Of a stretch of DNA of 64,000 bases, positions 31,935 to 41,447 are shown in pieces. The stretch's first letter is position 1, and each line of letters starts with the position of its first letter. Below the pieces are notes generated by a model. It was not told the DNA's origin. It did no database searches and saw only the letters and a program-made list of their open reading frames with translations. Origin of the DNA: Ignavibacteriota bacterium (GTDB taxonomy: Bacteria > Bacteroidota > Ignavibacteria > Palsa-1295); assembly GCA_963787835.1 (NCBI GenBank), contig CAWBEI010000005.1, forward strand, positions 64,001-128,000, in the 5' to 3' direction. The translations under genes and the position numbers were made by a program.

Positions 31935-32884
31935 TCATGCCGCCGCTCGCCGCAATCTATCATTGATAGCCCTTCCCAATCCCGTTTCAGGGAATTCTTC
32001 GGCGAGAATGATTCTGAGTTTCAGCGAATCGAGGTATCGCATGGCGGCAAAGAGGTTCTTGCTGGCTTCGTGCAGGTTGCCGGTGGGTGAAAGCATGACT
32101 TGATGCACCTGCGGAATTCCTGCATAGCTCTTCCGGAAGCTGAGAATGCCTATTGTGCTTTGGTCGTAATGCGTGAGGTCGATCGGCCCAAGTTTTAGTG
32201 GCGTTCGCGTGGCGTAATGGCTTTTCATGCTGCCGGGGCTATGCACGACATCTGGCGATGCGGTGCCAACGATAACCTTCCCAACCACGCTTTCTATTTC
32301 TTCAACAGAGATCCCACCCAATCGTAGAATGTGCAGCTTGCCATTCTCTTCGGCCACAATAGTCGATTCAAGTCCGACGGAGCATTCGCCGCCATCGAGA
32401 ACATAGGGAATCTTTCCGCCAAGCTGATCCATCACGTGCTGCGCGGAGGTTGGGCTGACATATCCGAACGGATTTGCGCTAGGCGCCGCAAGCGGGAAAT
32501 CGAGCTGTGCAAGAAGTTCCTGTGTGAGCGGGCTGTTCGGAACTCGCACAGCGACAGTATCGAGTCCGGAAGTAACAATATCGGGAATGATAGCGCGTTT
32601 CGGTAGCACAAGCGTCAGCGGTCCCGGCCAAAATGCACCCGCAAGGGACGCAGCCCAATCTTGGAATGATGTTACATACTCTGAAAGCTGATCTCGACTT
32701 ATGCCATGCACAATGAGCGGGTCGAATTTGGGCCGCTGCTTAACTTCGAAAATATGCAGGACGGCTTCTTCATTCAGCGCATTTGCGGCAAGGCCATAGA
32801 CCGTTTCTGTCGGGATCGCGACGAGTAAGCCACGAGAGAGTAGTTCGCGGCTTTTGCAACGTCTTTACCGATTTCGGTGGTCAT
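31935..32884 (-). CDS. tsaC: Threonylcarbamoyl-AMP synthase (Sua5/TsaC) with apparent 1-nt frameshift near 32846
   Basis: MTTEIGKDVAKAA then, in another frame, ELLSRGLLVAIPTETVYGLAANA..KQRP..PLIVH; WPGPLT, APSAN, PGSMKSHYA, AINDRLRRA. Confidence 0.9.
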
Positions 32885-32901
32885 GCTTATTTTATTATGC
32901 A

Positions 32902-33029
32902 GTCATTGCGAGGAGGAATTGCGAAGCGGAGCGTAGCAATTCCGACGAAGCAATCCACAGCGATTAACTTTCTGAGATTGCTTCGTCGAGTTCAGCTCCC
33001 TTCGGTCGCTGAACTCTCCTCGCAATGAC
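32902..33029. repeat. Palindromic doublet, family A
   Basis: GTCATTGCGAGGAG ... CTCCTCGCAATGAC. Confidence 0.9.
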
Positions 33030-33036
33030 GTGGAGA

Positions 33037-34409
33037 TCAAACAGATTGCACTTCGACGCGCGGCGTCACGGCCTTTTTATCCAGCAACGCTGGCCAATAG
33101 GCGACAACTTCGCTTGGCTTCGGTCTTCCGCCGCAAAACCCGTCACGCTTGGAGGGCCTGTCAGAATCAGCGGCGCAAGTTCCTTCCCAAATCGTTCGAT
33201 GGACGCTTTATCTTGCCCGCGTACACCCCATTTGATGACGACCTCCTGGACCTCATCCATATCAACAGGTGTAAGTGGACCGTGGCAGGAGTTTACGCCG
33301 AGAAACTCCGTTCTCATTTCATCGAACGTGCAACCGGCATCTTTAAGCCTTGTTCGAAGGATCTTGTCGGATAATCTGGCTTTCTCCATTGCGTCCGGCC
33401 AGGTGTAGGTGAGCGTACCCTGCGCGGAAAAGCCGTCGCGGTAGGACATGGATACTTTGTAGGAATCCGTTGCAGGACGCCCTTGAATGCCAGAGACCTT
33501 CACGCGGTCACGGCCCAGATCATCGAGATGAATAGATGTGAAATCCGCGACACAATCCGGAGTGATATAATTGGTTGGATCACCAATCTCATACAGGCAT
33601 TGCTCGGCGACCGTTTGGCGGGAAACGAGTCCTCCGGTTTTCGGATGTTTGGTGATGATGAAATCTCCATTCAGATACGCTTCCGCAATTGGGAACCCAA
33701 TGTGCGCCATATCTTTCACCGATTTCCAATCGGCAGAGAAATTCCCACCGGAGGACTGTGCGCCGCATTCGAGAATGTGCCCTGCGACGGTTCCGGCTGC
33801 CATCAAATCCCAATCCTCAGGTTTCCATCCAAATTCATGGATCATGGGTGCGAGCGTTAATCCCGTATCGGTTGTGCGACCTGTCACGACGATCTGCGCT
33901 CCCTGCCGGAGTGCCTCAACAATAGGCCAAGCACCAAAATAAACATTTGCAGAAAGCAGACGGTCACGAATATCGCTGACTGGCTCACCAGTTTCCATGT
34001 TTTTGAGTTTGTGGCCGTGCGCAAGGAGTGGATCGAGTCCATCCAGAATATTATCGCCAAGCACAACGCCCACTTTGATCGGAATGCCTCGACGGCGGGC
34101 TACTTCAAAAATGGCATCGCGGCAGCCTTCGGGATTTACGCCGCCTCCATTGGTGATGATCTTAATGTTCTTTTCGACGATATCCGGCAGGATCGCGTCG
34201 ATCACGTCGATGAGATCACGAGCGTATCCTGCGCGCGGATCCCTCAGTTTTTGCTTTTGCATGATGGACATCGTAACCTCGGCGAGGTAATCCATCATCA
34301 TGTAATCGAGGGGGGATTCAGCGGATGCCCGTTTAATTTGGTCGATCGGCGCGGATGGCAGGTCGCCCCAGAAACCCTGACCCGATGCAATGCGTATGCG
34401 TTCTTTCAC
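33037..34409 (-). CDS. Acyclic terpene utilization AtuA / DUF1446 family protein with apparent 1-nt frameshift near 33133
   Basis: GQGFWGD, DYLAEVTM, SANVYFG, GHILECGAQ; family-type tail GGRPKPSEVVAYWPALL lies in a shifted frame. Confidence 0.85.
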
Positions 34410-34497
34410 GTGCAGTGTTTAATTAGAATAGCACGTAAACATCGGAAGCCTCTCATTTCTCCTTAATTTTGTAGATAATTTTTTCTTTTTTACGAAC

Positions 34498-35157
34498 ATG
34501 AAAATAGCTGTTTTAGGAAGCGGGATGGTTGGGCAGACCATTGGTTCGAAGCTTGTCGAGTTAGGGCATGAAGTCAAGATGGGCTCGCGTATTGCCACAA
34601 ATGAGGAAGCCGCTGGATGGGTGAGCAAAGCCGGCTCCGGTGCATCACAAGGCACATTCTCGGATGCCGCAAAATTTGGCGAGATCGTTTTGAATTGCAC
34701 GGGCGGGATGGTCTCGCTCGATGCGCTTCGGATGGCTGGAAGTGCCAACCTTGCAGGAAAGATCTTAATTGATATTTCCAACCCACTCGATTTTTCGAAG
34801 GGATTTCCGCCAACACTTTCAGTATGTAACGATGATTCTGTTGGCGAGCAAATTCAGCGGGAGTTTCCAGATGCGAAAGTGGTGAAAACGTTGAACACCG
34901 TGAATTGTGTGCTCATGGTTAATCCGTCTCTTCTGCACGGCGACCATGATCTTTTTATGAGCGGTAACGATGCCGATGCGAAAGCAGTGGTTCGGAAAAT
35001 CCTCACAGAATGGTTCGGATGGAAGACGGTAATTGATCTGGGCGATATTACAACCGCTCGCGGTACTGAACAACTGCTGCCGATCTGGGTACGGCTGATG
35101 GGGCTGTTCAAATCTCCGCAGTTTAATTTTCATATCGTTCGCGCAGAGAACCCTTAA
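34498..35157 (+). CDS. NADP oxidoreductase, F420-dependent family (dinucleotide-binding)
   Basis: GSGMVG, LIDISNPL, VVKTLNT, DLGDITTARGTE. Confidence 0.85.
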   Translation: MKIAVLGSGMVGQTIGSKLVELGHEVKMGSRIATNEEAAGWVSKAGSGASQGTFSDAAKFGEIVLNCTGGMVSLDALRMAGSANLAGKILIDISNPLDFSKGFPPTLSVCNDDSVGEQIQREFPDAKVVKTLNTVNCVLMVNPSLLHGDHDLFMSGNDADAKAVVRKILTEWFGWKTVIDLGDITTARGTEQLLPIWVRLMGLFKSPQFNFHIVRAENP

Positions 35158-36119
35158 TGAGAATTGGAATTATTGGCCAGCCCTGCATCGATGAGATCAT
35201 CCATGTTGCTCATTCATCCGCAGTTCCCGAGCAGGCGTTAGGTGGGGTGTTCTATTCCTACGCAGCAATGGAGCGATTGATGAGAAAGTGCGGTTCGGAA
35301 GGCGATTTATTCGCACCGTTGACGTGGCTTTCGGAGCCTGATCGTCCCTTTCTGGAAACCCTGCTGAATAAGTTCCAACACATTAATCGCGGAACCGGAT
35401 TGTGGCCAACGGATTCGCAAACAAACCGCGTCCAGCTTGTCTATCGAGAAAATGGTGAACGAACGGAGCATTGCCCGCATATCCTTCCATCATTAAACTT
35501 GAACCAACTTTCGGTGGACGTGGTGGACTCGTTGGACGGATTGTTTGTCAATATGATCTCTGGATACGATGTTTCGATTGACACTTTGGAAGCAGCGTTG
35601 AACGGGGTTGTAAAACGGCCTTATGTTCATGTTGATATTCATGCGCTGGTGCTTGGTTCACTCTCAGAACGCGATGAAAATGCTCCGTTTGGTGGCGGAC
35701 GCGAGCCACGCGGTGTGAAAGAATGGAAGCGATGGCTTGCAATTGCCGATTCAGTGCAACTGAACGAACTTGAACTACGCTGGTTTGCCGATCCGGAGAT
35801 TAGATCGGAGCAAGAGTTCGTGATGAATATCATGTTGACAGGCCAGTTTCCAAAACTGAAACATCTGATCCTAACACGAGCAGTGCGGGGTGCGACACTG
35901 TTCGATTTCAAGAACGAGATGGTGTATAATGCTACACCGCCCACGATCAAGGCCATTGAGACGACTGGCTCCGGTGATGTATTTGGCTCGGCGTTCGTAT
36001 TTTCAGTTCTTTCCGGGAAGCCTCCTGATGAGGCTCTGCAAAATGCCGTGGAAATGGCTTCGTGGAATACTACGTTAAAGGGTATCGATCAAATACTTGA
36101 AGCACCATTTATTTCATAA
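35157..36119 (+). CDS. PfkB family carbohydrate kinase
   Basis: LNELE, ETTGSGDVFGSAF. Confidence 0.8.
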   Translation: MRIGIIGQPCIDEIIHVAHSSAVPEQALGGVFYSYAAMERLMRKCGSEGDLFAPLTWLSEPDRPFLETLLNKFQHINRGTGLWPTDSQTNRVQLVYRENGERTEHCPHILPSLNLNQLSVDVVDSLDGLFVNMISGYDVSIDTLEAALNGVVKRPYVHVDIHALVLGSLSERDENAPFGGGREPRGVKEWKRWLAIADSVQLNELELRWFADPEIRSEQEFVMNIMLTGQFPKLKHLILTRAVRGATLFDFKNEMVYNATPPTIKAIETTGSGDVFGSAFVFSVLSGKPPDEALQNAVEMASWNTTLKGIDQILEAPFIS

Positions 36120-36134
36120 ACGAAGACTTTTTCT

Positions 36135-36243
36135 GTCATTGCGAGGAGTCCCAGAGGGACGACGAAGCAATCTCGATCTGAAGGTTACAGATTGCTTCGT
36201 CGAATTTAGCTCCCCCCGGTCGCAAAATGCTTCTCGCAATGAC
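36135..36243. repeat. Palindromic doublet, family A
   Basis: GTCATTGCGAGGAG..GACGAAGCAATCT..AGATTGCTTCGTC..CTCGCAATGAC. Confidence 0.9.
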
Positions 36244-36260
36244 GCTTAAAAATAAACAAA

Positions 36261-37202
36261 ATGAGAGAATTTTATTCTTCAATTGAACCCTATAATCAAG
36301 GTCATCTGAACGTATCGAATATCCATTCGATGTATTACGAAGAGAGCGGCAATCCTAATGGATTCCCAGCGGTTTTCGTACATGGCGGCCCTGGTGGCGG
36401 AACGCAGCCGGATCATCGGCGCTATTTCGATCCAAAGTATTATCGCATTATCCTTTTCGATCAGCGGGGATGCGGAAAAAGTACGCCGAATGCTTCGCTC
36501 GAAGATAACACCACATGGGACTTAGTGCACGACATGGAACTTCTGCGCGAGCATCTCGGGATTGAAACATGGCTGGTGTTTGGCGGCTCGTGGGGATCGA
36601 CGCTTTCGCTTGCGTATTCTGAAACGCATCCGGAACGAGTAACGCATCTTGTTTTGCGCGGAATCTTTCTTGTGAGAAAATGGGAAATTGATTGGCTCTA
36701 CCAAAACGGTGCTGACGCTATCTTCCCCGACCGATGGGAGGATTATATCAAGCCGATCCCTGATGCAGAGCGTCGTGATTTTGTTTCTGCCTATTACAAG
36801 CGCCTAACAAGCAGCGACCGCAATGTTCAGATCGAAGCAGCCCGAGCGTGGAGCACCTGGGAAGGTTCAACCTCGAAACTACTGGTCGATCCCGATATGA
36901 TCTCGCATTATAGCGATGACGATTTCTCCATTGCATTTTCAAGGATCGAATGTCATTATTTTATTAATAAGGGATTTATGGAGGATGGGCAATTGTTAAA
37001 AAATATTAACCAAATACGGCAAATCCCGACTGTCATAGTACAGGGCCGATATGATGTAGTATGTCCGATACGAAGCGCGTGGGATCTTCATCGGGCGTTT
37101 CCGGAGGCACAGCTTGTTATCACGCCGACGTCCGGTCACTCAGCGTTTGAGCCTGAAAATCGTTCCGCTCTTATTGATGCTACGGATCTTTTTAGATCGT
37201 AG
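36261..37202 (+). CDS. pip: Proline iminopeptidase
   Basis: HGGPGGG, FDQRGCG, GGSWG, QGRYD, SGHS. Confidence 0.95.
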   Translation: MREFYSSIEPYNQGHLNVSNIHSMYYEESGNPNGFPAVFVHGGPGGGTQPDHRRYFDPKYYRIILFDQRGCGKSTPNASLEDNTTWDLVHDMELLREHLGIETWLVFGGSWGSTLSLAYSETHPERVTHLVLRGIFLVRKWEIDWLYQNGADAIFPDRWEDYIKPIPDAERRDFVSAYYKRLTSSDRNVQIEAARAWSTWEGSTSKLLVDPDMISHYSDDDFSIAFSRIECHYFINKGFMEDGQLLKNINQIRQIPTVIVQGRYDVVCPIRSAWDLHRAFPEAQLVITPTSGHSAFEPENRSALIDATDLFRS

Positions 37203-37259
37203 TAACGATGGTTATGGCATTTTTCTAAATGCAGAGTCTATCCCTGGAGCCAGGGATAC

Positions 37260-38969
37260 ATGAGTTGGATCCTCGGCGCCTTCGGACGAATTTCCCCGGA
37301 TCTTGAGAACAAGATTCGGAAGTTCGCGCAAAATTCTTTGCTTGAATTTCAGGATGACCAGCTATTGCTTCTTGCCGGAGGAATTCCGGAGACATGTAAG
37401 CATGATTCCACGGCGTCGGAAGTGTGGGCAATCTGCGGGTTAGGGATTGAACACTCAGGCGCTGGATACGGCTTGATGGAAAAGCCACATTGGGAAGTTC
37501 GGCTAAAATCTAAGGCAAACACCCGTTCACTCGAAGGTCAATTCGCAGGCATAAGTTACCATGATCGTTGCTTAACTCTCTTTACCGATCGAATTGGCTC
37601 TCGCGATCTATGGTATTGCACAATTAGTGGAGTTACGTTATTCTCGACGCGGGCGGATTGGCTTGCTCGCTTATCTGGCAACAACGAACTTGATCTCAAT
37701 GGGTTTGGAGCCCGATGGCTGTTCTATTATCAAGTGTCGACGGGAAGTATAATAAAAAATATTGAGAGGCTTGGCCCTGGTGCTGTGGTAACGATCTCTT
37801 CGAGCGGGATTTCGACGGAGCGAGCGAACTGGCTTCCTCAACCATCTCAATTTCAATTTTCAAAAGTACTGGAAGAACTCAGCACTTTTCCATTTCGGTC
37901 GGGGCGTCGATTATCACTCAGTCTTTCTGGAGGGTTAGATTCCCGGTTGCTGTTTTCGATCCTTCTTCATGCAAAGGGCGAGTGGGATGTGCATACCTTC
38001 GGGCCCCCTGATCATCCCGATGTGACGATCGCTGAGCAGATCGCAAAAACCTTTGGTGTATCTCACCAAGCGTTCTATATCGATCCAGTTGAAGACCCTG
38101 ATCTCGAAAATAAAGTTAGGGATTATTGCGCCCAGGGGCTCCCTCTTCGACAAGCGTCACAGGTTCTGCAAGCTCAGTATTATCCAATGCTATATCGAGC
38201 TAATACGATCGTTATTGATGGCGGATTTGGCGAGGTAGCGCGCCGTCACATGTTCAATCGTCTGGCTTATCTTGGGAAGGGAGCGTTATCGCGACGTGAT
38301 ACGCAAGCGGTCTATCCGTATTTTACCCGCTTTCGGGCTGATTTCTTTTCGCCAGAGGTGAACGCGCTGCTTCGCGAAGGAGCAATGGATCAAATAAATG
38401 CGCTGTGGGATGAAATGCCGGATCCCAATACGATCGGTTTTAGAAACTGGTTGGATATGATCGTGGTAAGATCCGAACTTCCCAATGCCAACGCGGCAGA
38501 GCAGGCTCGTATGGATCATTTTGTGCCGAGCTATATGCCATTCGTGCAGCCTTCACTGTTGAACGCGGTATTTGATATGCCCTTGAGGCGCCGGCAGGAT
38601 AGCAGGGAAGTCCATGCGATCATTCACCGAAAGGAACGAAAACTCGAACGCTTCCCACTTATGACGAGCGATTGCACCATTCCATATTCGCTTTCAACGA
38701 TGCAAGCATTTGTTTATCGTAAGGTGAAGCGTTTACTTGGCAAAACATACCATGATCGCACCAGGGATCTCTTTCTACAACGGTTGCGTCCGATGATCGA
38801 GGATCTTGCCGCATCCAACGAGGTGCTAACTTGCTCCCTCTATGACCAGCAAAAGGTAGGATCCATTGTCGATGGATATTTCGGAGGAAACAAAGCATTG
38901 GGCGGGCAATTAGACTGGTGGCTGGGATTTGAGCTTTGGCGTAGCTCCCATTCTGACCGGCGGATGTGA
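37260..38969 (+). CDS. Asparagine synthase-related protein
   Basis: LEGQFA, TDRIGSR, SLSGGLDSR ATP-pyrophosphatase motif, GGFGE. Confidence 0.8.
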   Translation: MSWILGAFGRISPDLENKIRKFAQNSLLEFQDDQLLLLAGGIPETCKHDSTASEVWAICGLGIEHSGAGYGLMEKPHWEVRLKSKANTRSLEGQFAGISYHDRCLTLFTDRIGSRDLWYCTISGVTLFSTRADWLARLSGNNELDLNGFGARWLFYYQVSTGSIIKNIERLGPGAVVTISSSGISTERANWLPQPSQFQFSKVLEELSTFPFRSGRRLSLSLSGGLDSRLLFSILLHAKGEWDVHTFGPPDHPDVTIAEQIAKTFGVSHQAFYIDPVEDPDLENKVRDYCAQGLPLRQASQVLQAQYYPMLYRANTIVIDGGFGEVARRHMFNRLAYLGKGALSRRDTQAVYPYFTRFRADFFSPEVNALLREGAMDQINALWDEMPDPNTIGFRNWLDMIVVRSELPNANAAEQARMDHFVPSYMPFVQPSLLNAVFDMPLRRRQDSREVHAIIHRKERKLERFPLMTSDCTIPYSLSTMQAFVYRKVKRLLGKTYHDRTRDLFLQRLRPMIEDLAASNEVLTCSLYDQQKVGSIVDGYFGGNKALGGQLDWWLGFELWRSSHSDRRM

Positions 38970-39008
38970 ATTGGTTGCAAAAAGTAAGCGTTACACTTAC
39001 CTGCAATT

Positions 39009-39272
39009 ATGACATTAAACGAAATCCATAACGTCCGGGAAAAACTGCTGGCTGATCTCGATTCTATTACGGGCGCAGAAGAGCTTGAAGCGTTCAAGCT
39101 GGCGCATCTCACTCGCAAAGGGACGATCGCCGCAATGTTCGACGATCTCCGATCTGTTTCGAAGGAGGAGAAGCCGCTCGCTGGAAAAGAGCTAAATCTG
39201 CTTCGCCAATCGGTTGAACAGCGATTCGCTGAAGTAGCTCAAGCACTAAATATTAAGAAAGAAGAGGAATGA
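39009..39272 (+). CDS. pheS: Phenylalanyl-tRNA synthetase alpha subunit, N-terminal helical arm only
   Basis: LEAFKLAHLTRKG..EEKPLAGKELNLLRQ; stops at TGA overlapping the next ATG. Confidence 0.8.
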   Translation: MTLNEIHNVREKLLADLDSITGAEELEAFKLAHLTRKGTIAAMFDDLRSVSKEEKPLAGKELNLLRQSVEQRFAEVAQALNIKKEEE

Positions 39273-40630
39273 TTATAATTAAAGAACCTCGAATTGAGCT
39301 AACTCCTAAACAGCTTGAAGAGTACAAAAAAATATACACTTCGGTAGCTGAGCAAGCCGGCTCTGTAAATAACCAAATGCTCACATATGGGCAACAAGCA
39401 AATCCTTATATTGTCAAGGAAATTGAAGAACTTGCCAAAGTTACTAATAATCTGAGCTATTCTAGTTCCGAAGTATACGTCACGTCCCAGACAATAGGAG
39501 AATTGCCTTTTTCTAATGCAATCCAATACTTTAGGAATGACTTAGCAGAATTCCAAGACCACTTTCAGAACTTACTCAATAATGTTCAGTCACCGGCTGA
39601 TCTAGAAGTATCTCGTTTAACTCTTGAAGCTGAAAAAGGGCCAATTAAGTTTGTCGAGAAAGTAATTTTGGGAGGTGCCCCTAAAGCCGCCAAGAGAGAA
39701 ATTGGAAGAAATCTCAATGAATTGAAGGTTATCTTGGAGCAAGAGTATCAGAATATTAAGTCTAAGTTAAAACCACTAATCAAATTAGATGCAGAAATTG
39801 ATCTGTCGATGCCAGCGCGGACGGTACCAGTCATAACTCCGGGACACGAGCATCCTTTGATGAAGACGCTGAACGAGATGATATCCATTTTCGAGCGCAT
39901 GGGATTTGCCGTTGAATATGGGCCGGAGATCGAGGACGATGAGCATAATTTTGGCAAGCTGAATTTCGCGCCCGACCATCCTGCGCGAGATATGCAGGAT
40001 ACGTTTTTTGTGAAGCCTTCCTTCAATTATGTAGCGCCGGCGTCCTCGCCGGTTCCCCTTGCAGAGGGAAGGGGACAGGCGGGGACGCCTGCGCTACAGC
40101 CATTACTATTGAGGACGCACACATCGCCAGTTCAGATTCGGCTGATGGAAAAGCAGAAGCCGCCCGTCCGGGCGATCATGCCGGGGCGGGTATATCGCAA
40201 CGAAGCAGCAAGTGCTCGGAGTGCAGTTGCATTCTTCCAGTTAGAAGGACTTGTTATCGATAAGGGCGTTACGATGGCAGACCTAAAAGGCATACTGCTT
40301 TCCTTTGCAAGGCAGTTTTTTGGGAGCGATGCAAAGATCAGACTTCGCCCAAGTTTCTTCCCATTTACCGAGCCGAGCGCCGAAGTGGATGTAAGCTGTT
40401 ACATCTGCGGCGGCAAAGGCTGCCGCGTATGCCAAAACACAGGATGGCTGGAAATATTGGGTTCCGGAATGGTCCATCCGAATGTGCTAAGAGCATGTGG
40501 AATCGATCCAGAAATATATACCGGCTACGCGTTCGGCCTCGGAATTGACCGCACGGCAATGATGCGTTATGGTGTCAGCGATATTCGGGATTTCTTCGAG
40601 AACGATTACCGATTTCTGGAACAATTTTAG
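39269..40630 (+). CDS. pheS: Phenylalanyl-tRNA synthetase alpha catalytic domain with ~175-aa atypical N-terminus
   Basis: IDLSMP, HPARDMQDTFF, LLRTHTSPVQIR, PGRVYR, FPFTEPS, GWLEILGSGMV, AFGLGIDR. Confidence 0.93.
   Translation: MIIIKEPRIELTPKQLEEYKKIYTSVAEQAGSVNNQMLTYGQQANPYIVKEIEELAKVTNNLSYSSSEVYVTSQTIGELPFSNAIQYFRNDLAEFQDHFQNLLNNVQSPADLEVSRLTLEAEKGPIKFVEKVILGGAPKAAKREIGRNLNELKVILEQEYQNIKSKLKPLIKLDAEIDLSMPARTVPVITPGHEHPLMKTLNEMISIFERMGFAVEYGPEIEDDEHNFGKLNFAPDHPARDMQDTFFVKPSFNYVAPASSPVPLAEGRGQAGTPALQPLLLRTHTSPVQIRLMEKQKPPVRAIMPGRVYRNEAASARSAVAFFQLEGLVIDKGVTMADLKGILLSFARQFFGSDAKIRLRPSFFPFTEPSAEVDVSCYICGGKGCRVCQNTGWLEILGSGMVHPNVLRACGIDPEIYTGYAFGLGIDRTAMMRYGVSDIRDFFENDYRFLEQF
40031..40097. 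repeat. GTAG-type REP doublet, family E, inside pheS
   Basis: GTAGCGCCGGCGTCCTCGCCGG ... GGCGGGGACGCCTGCGCTAC; sister copy at 63456-63522. Confidence 0.9.
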
Positions 40631-40703
40631 CATAAAATATTCTGCGAGAACCAAACCTTCTGGGACATTGCTAATAGCAGGGAGCTTTCTATTCCGAATC
40701 GTT

Positions 40704-41444
40704 ATGAAGCGAAATATCTTAATTTTCGGTGTTTTATTTTTTGCGGCATTCGCGATTGTTTTGAGCGGATGTTCTTCTTCAACATCTTCGCCAAGCGGTA
40801 ATTCAAATCCCTTGCCGGGAGCGGGGAGCACGTTTACCTATACCTATACTTCTGTAGATACAAACGGCGTCACAAGCGCGCCCAGCGATTCTACTTATAT
40901 CATTCTGAGTGATTCCCTTACTTACCAGGGCAAAACCAATGTGCTTGAAGTGCAGGATGAGCACGGCGGAATTTCCTATTATCATCTGGAAGCAAATGGC
41001 GACATCTCTATCTATCTCGATCTGAGTTCATTCCCGCTGCCGGTTGCATTAAGCACGAACTGGTTAGTACTTCCTATCGGAAGCAGTCTCGAGCAAAAGA
41101 ATGTTCTGTTCGACTCCACCATAATGTTCCCGTATAATGGGACGAACACTGCGGTGGATGTATCCGTCCAGACGGATGCGAAAGATATGGGCCCCGCGAC
41201 GATTTCAGCAGCGAACAATTCCTTTGCCTCGGAGAAGGGAGCTGTTATCGTGACTGCGTCCGCCTCTATCTTTGGAGGGTTCGTGCAGCTTGCCTCCCTT
41301 ACGGAAACGATTTCTATTTGGTACTCAAAGCAACTCAAGTATTATCCTGAACGTCAGGATAAGCAGGTGCTCGGAGGTCTTCTGCTCGGTAATTCTAAAA
41401 CGACATCCGACACCTATCTATTAAATTCCTATACGCTGAAATAA
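40704..41444 (+). CDS. Hypothetical lipoprotein
   Basis: MKRNILIF..LSGC lipobox; Ser/Thr-rich. Confidence 0.75.
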   Translation: MKRNILIFGVLFFAAFAIVLSGCSSSTSSPSGNSNPLPGAGSTFTYTYTSVDTNGVTSAPSDSTYIILSDSLTYQGKTNVLEVQDEHGGISYYHLEANGDISIYLDLSSFPLPVALSTNWLVLPIGSSLEQKNVLFDSTIMFPYNGTNTAVDVSVQTDAKDMGPATISAANNSFASEKGAVIVTASASIFGGFVQLASLTETISIWYSKQLKYYPERQDKQVLGGLLLGNSKTTSDTYLLNSYTLK

Positions 41445-41447
41445 TTC

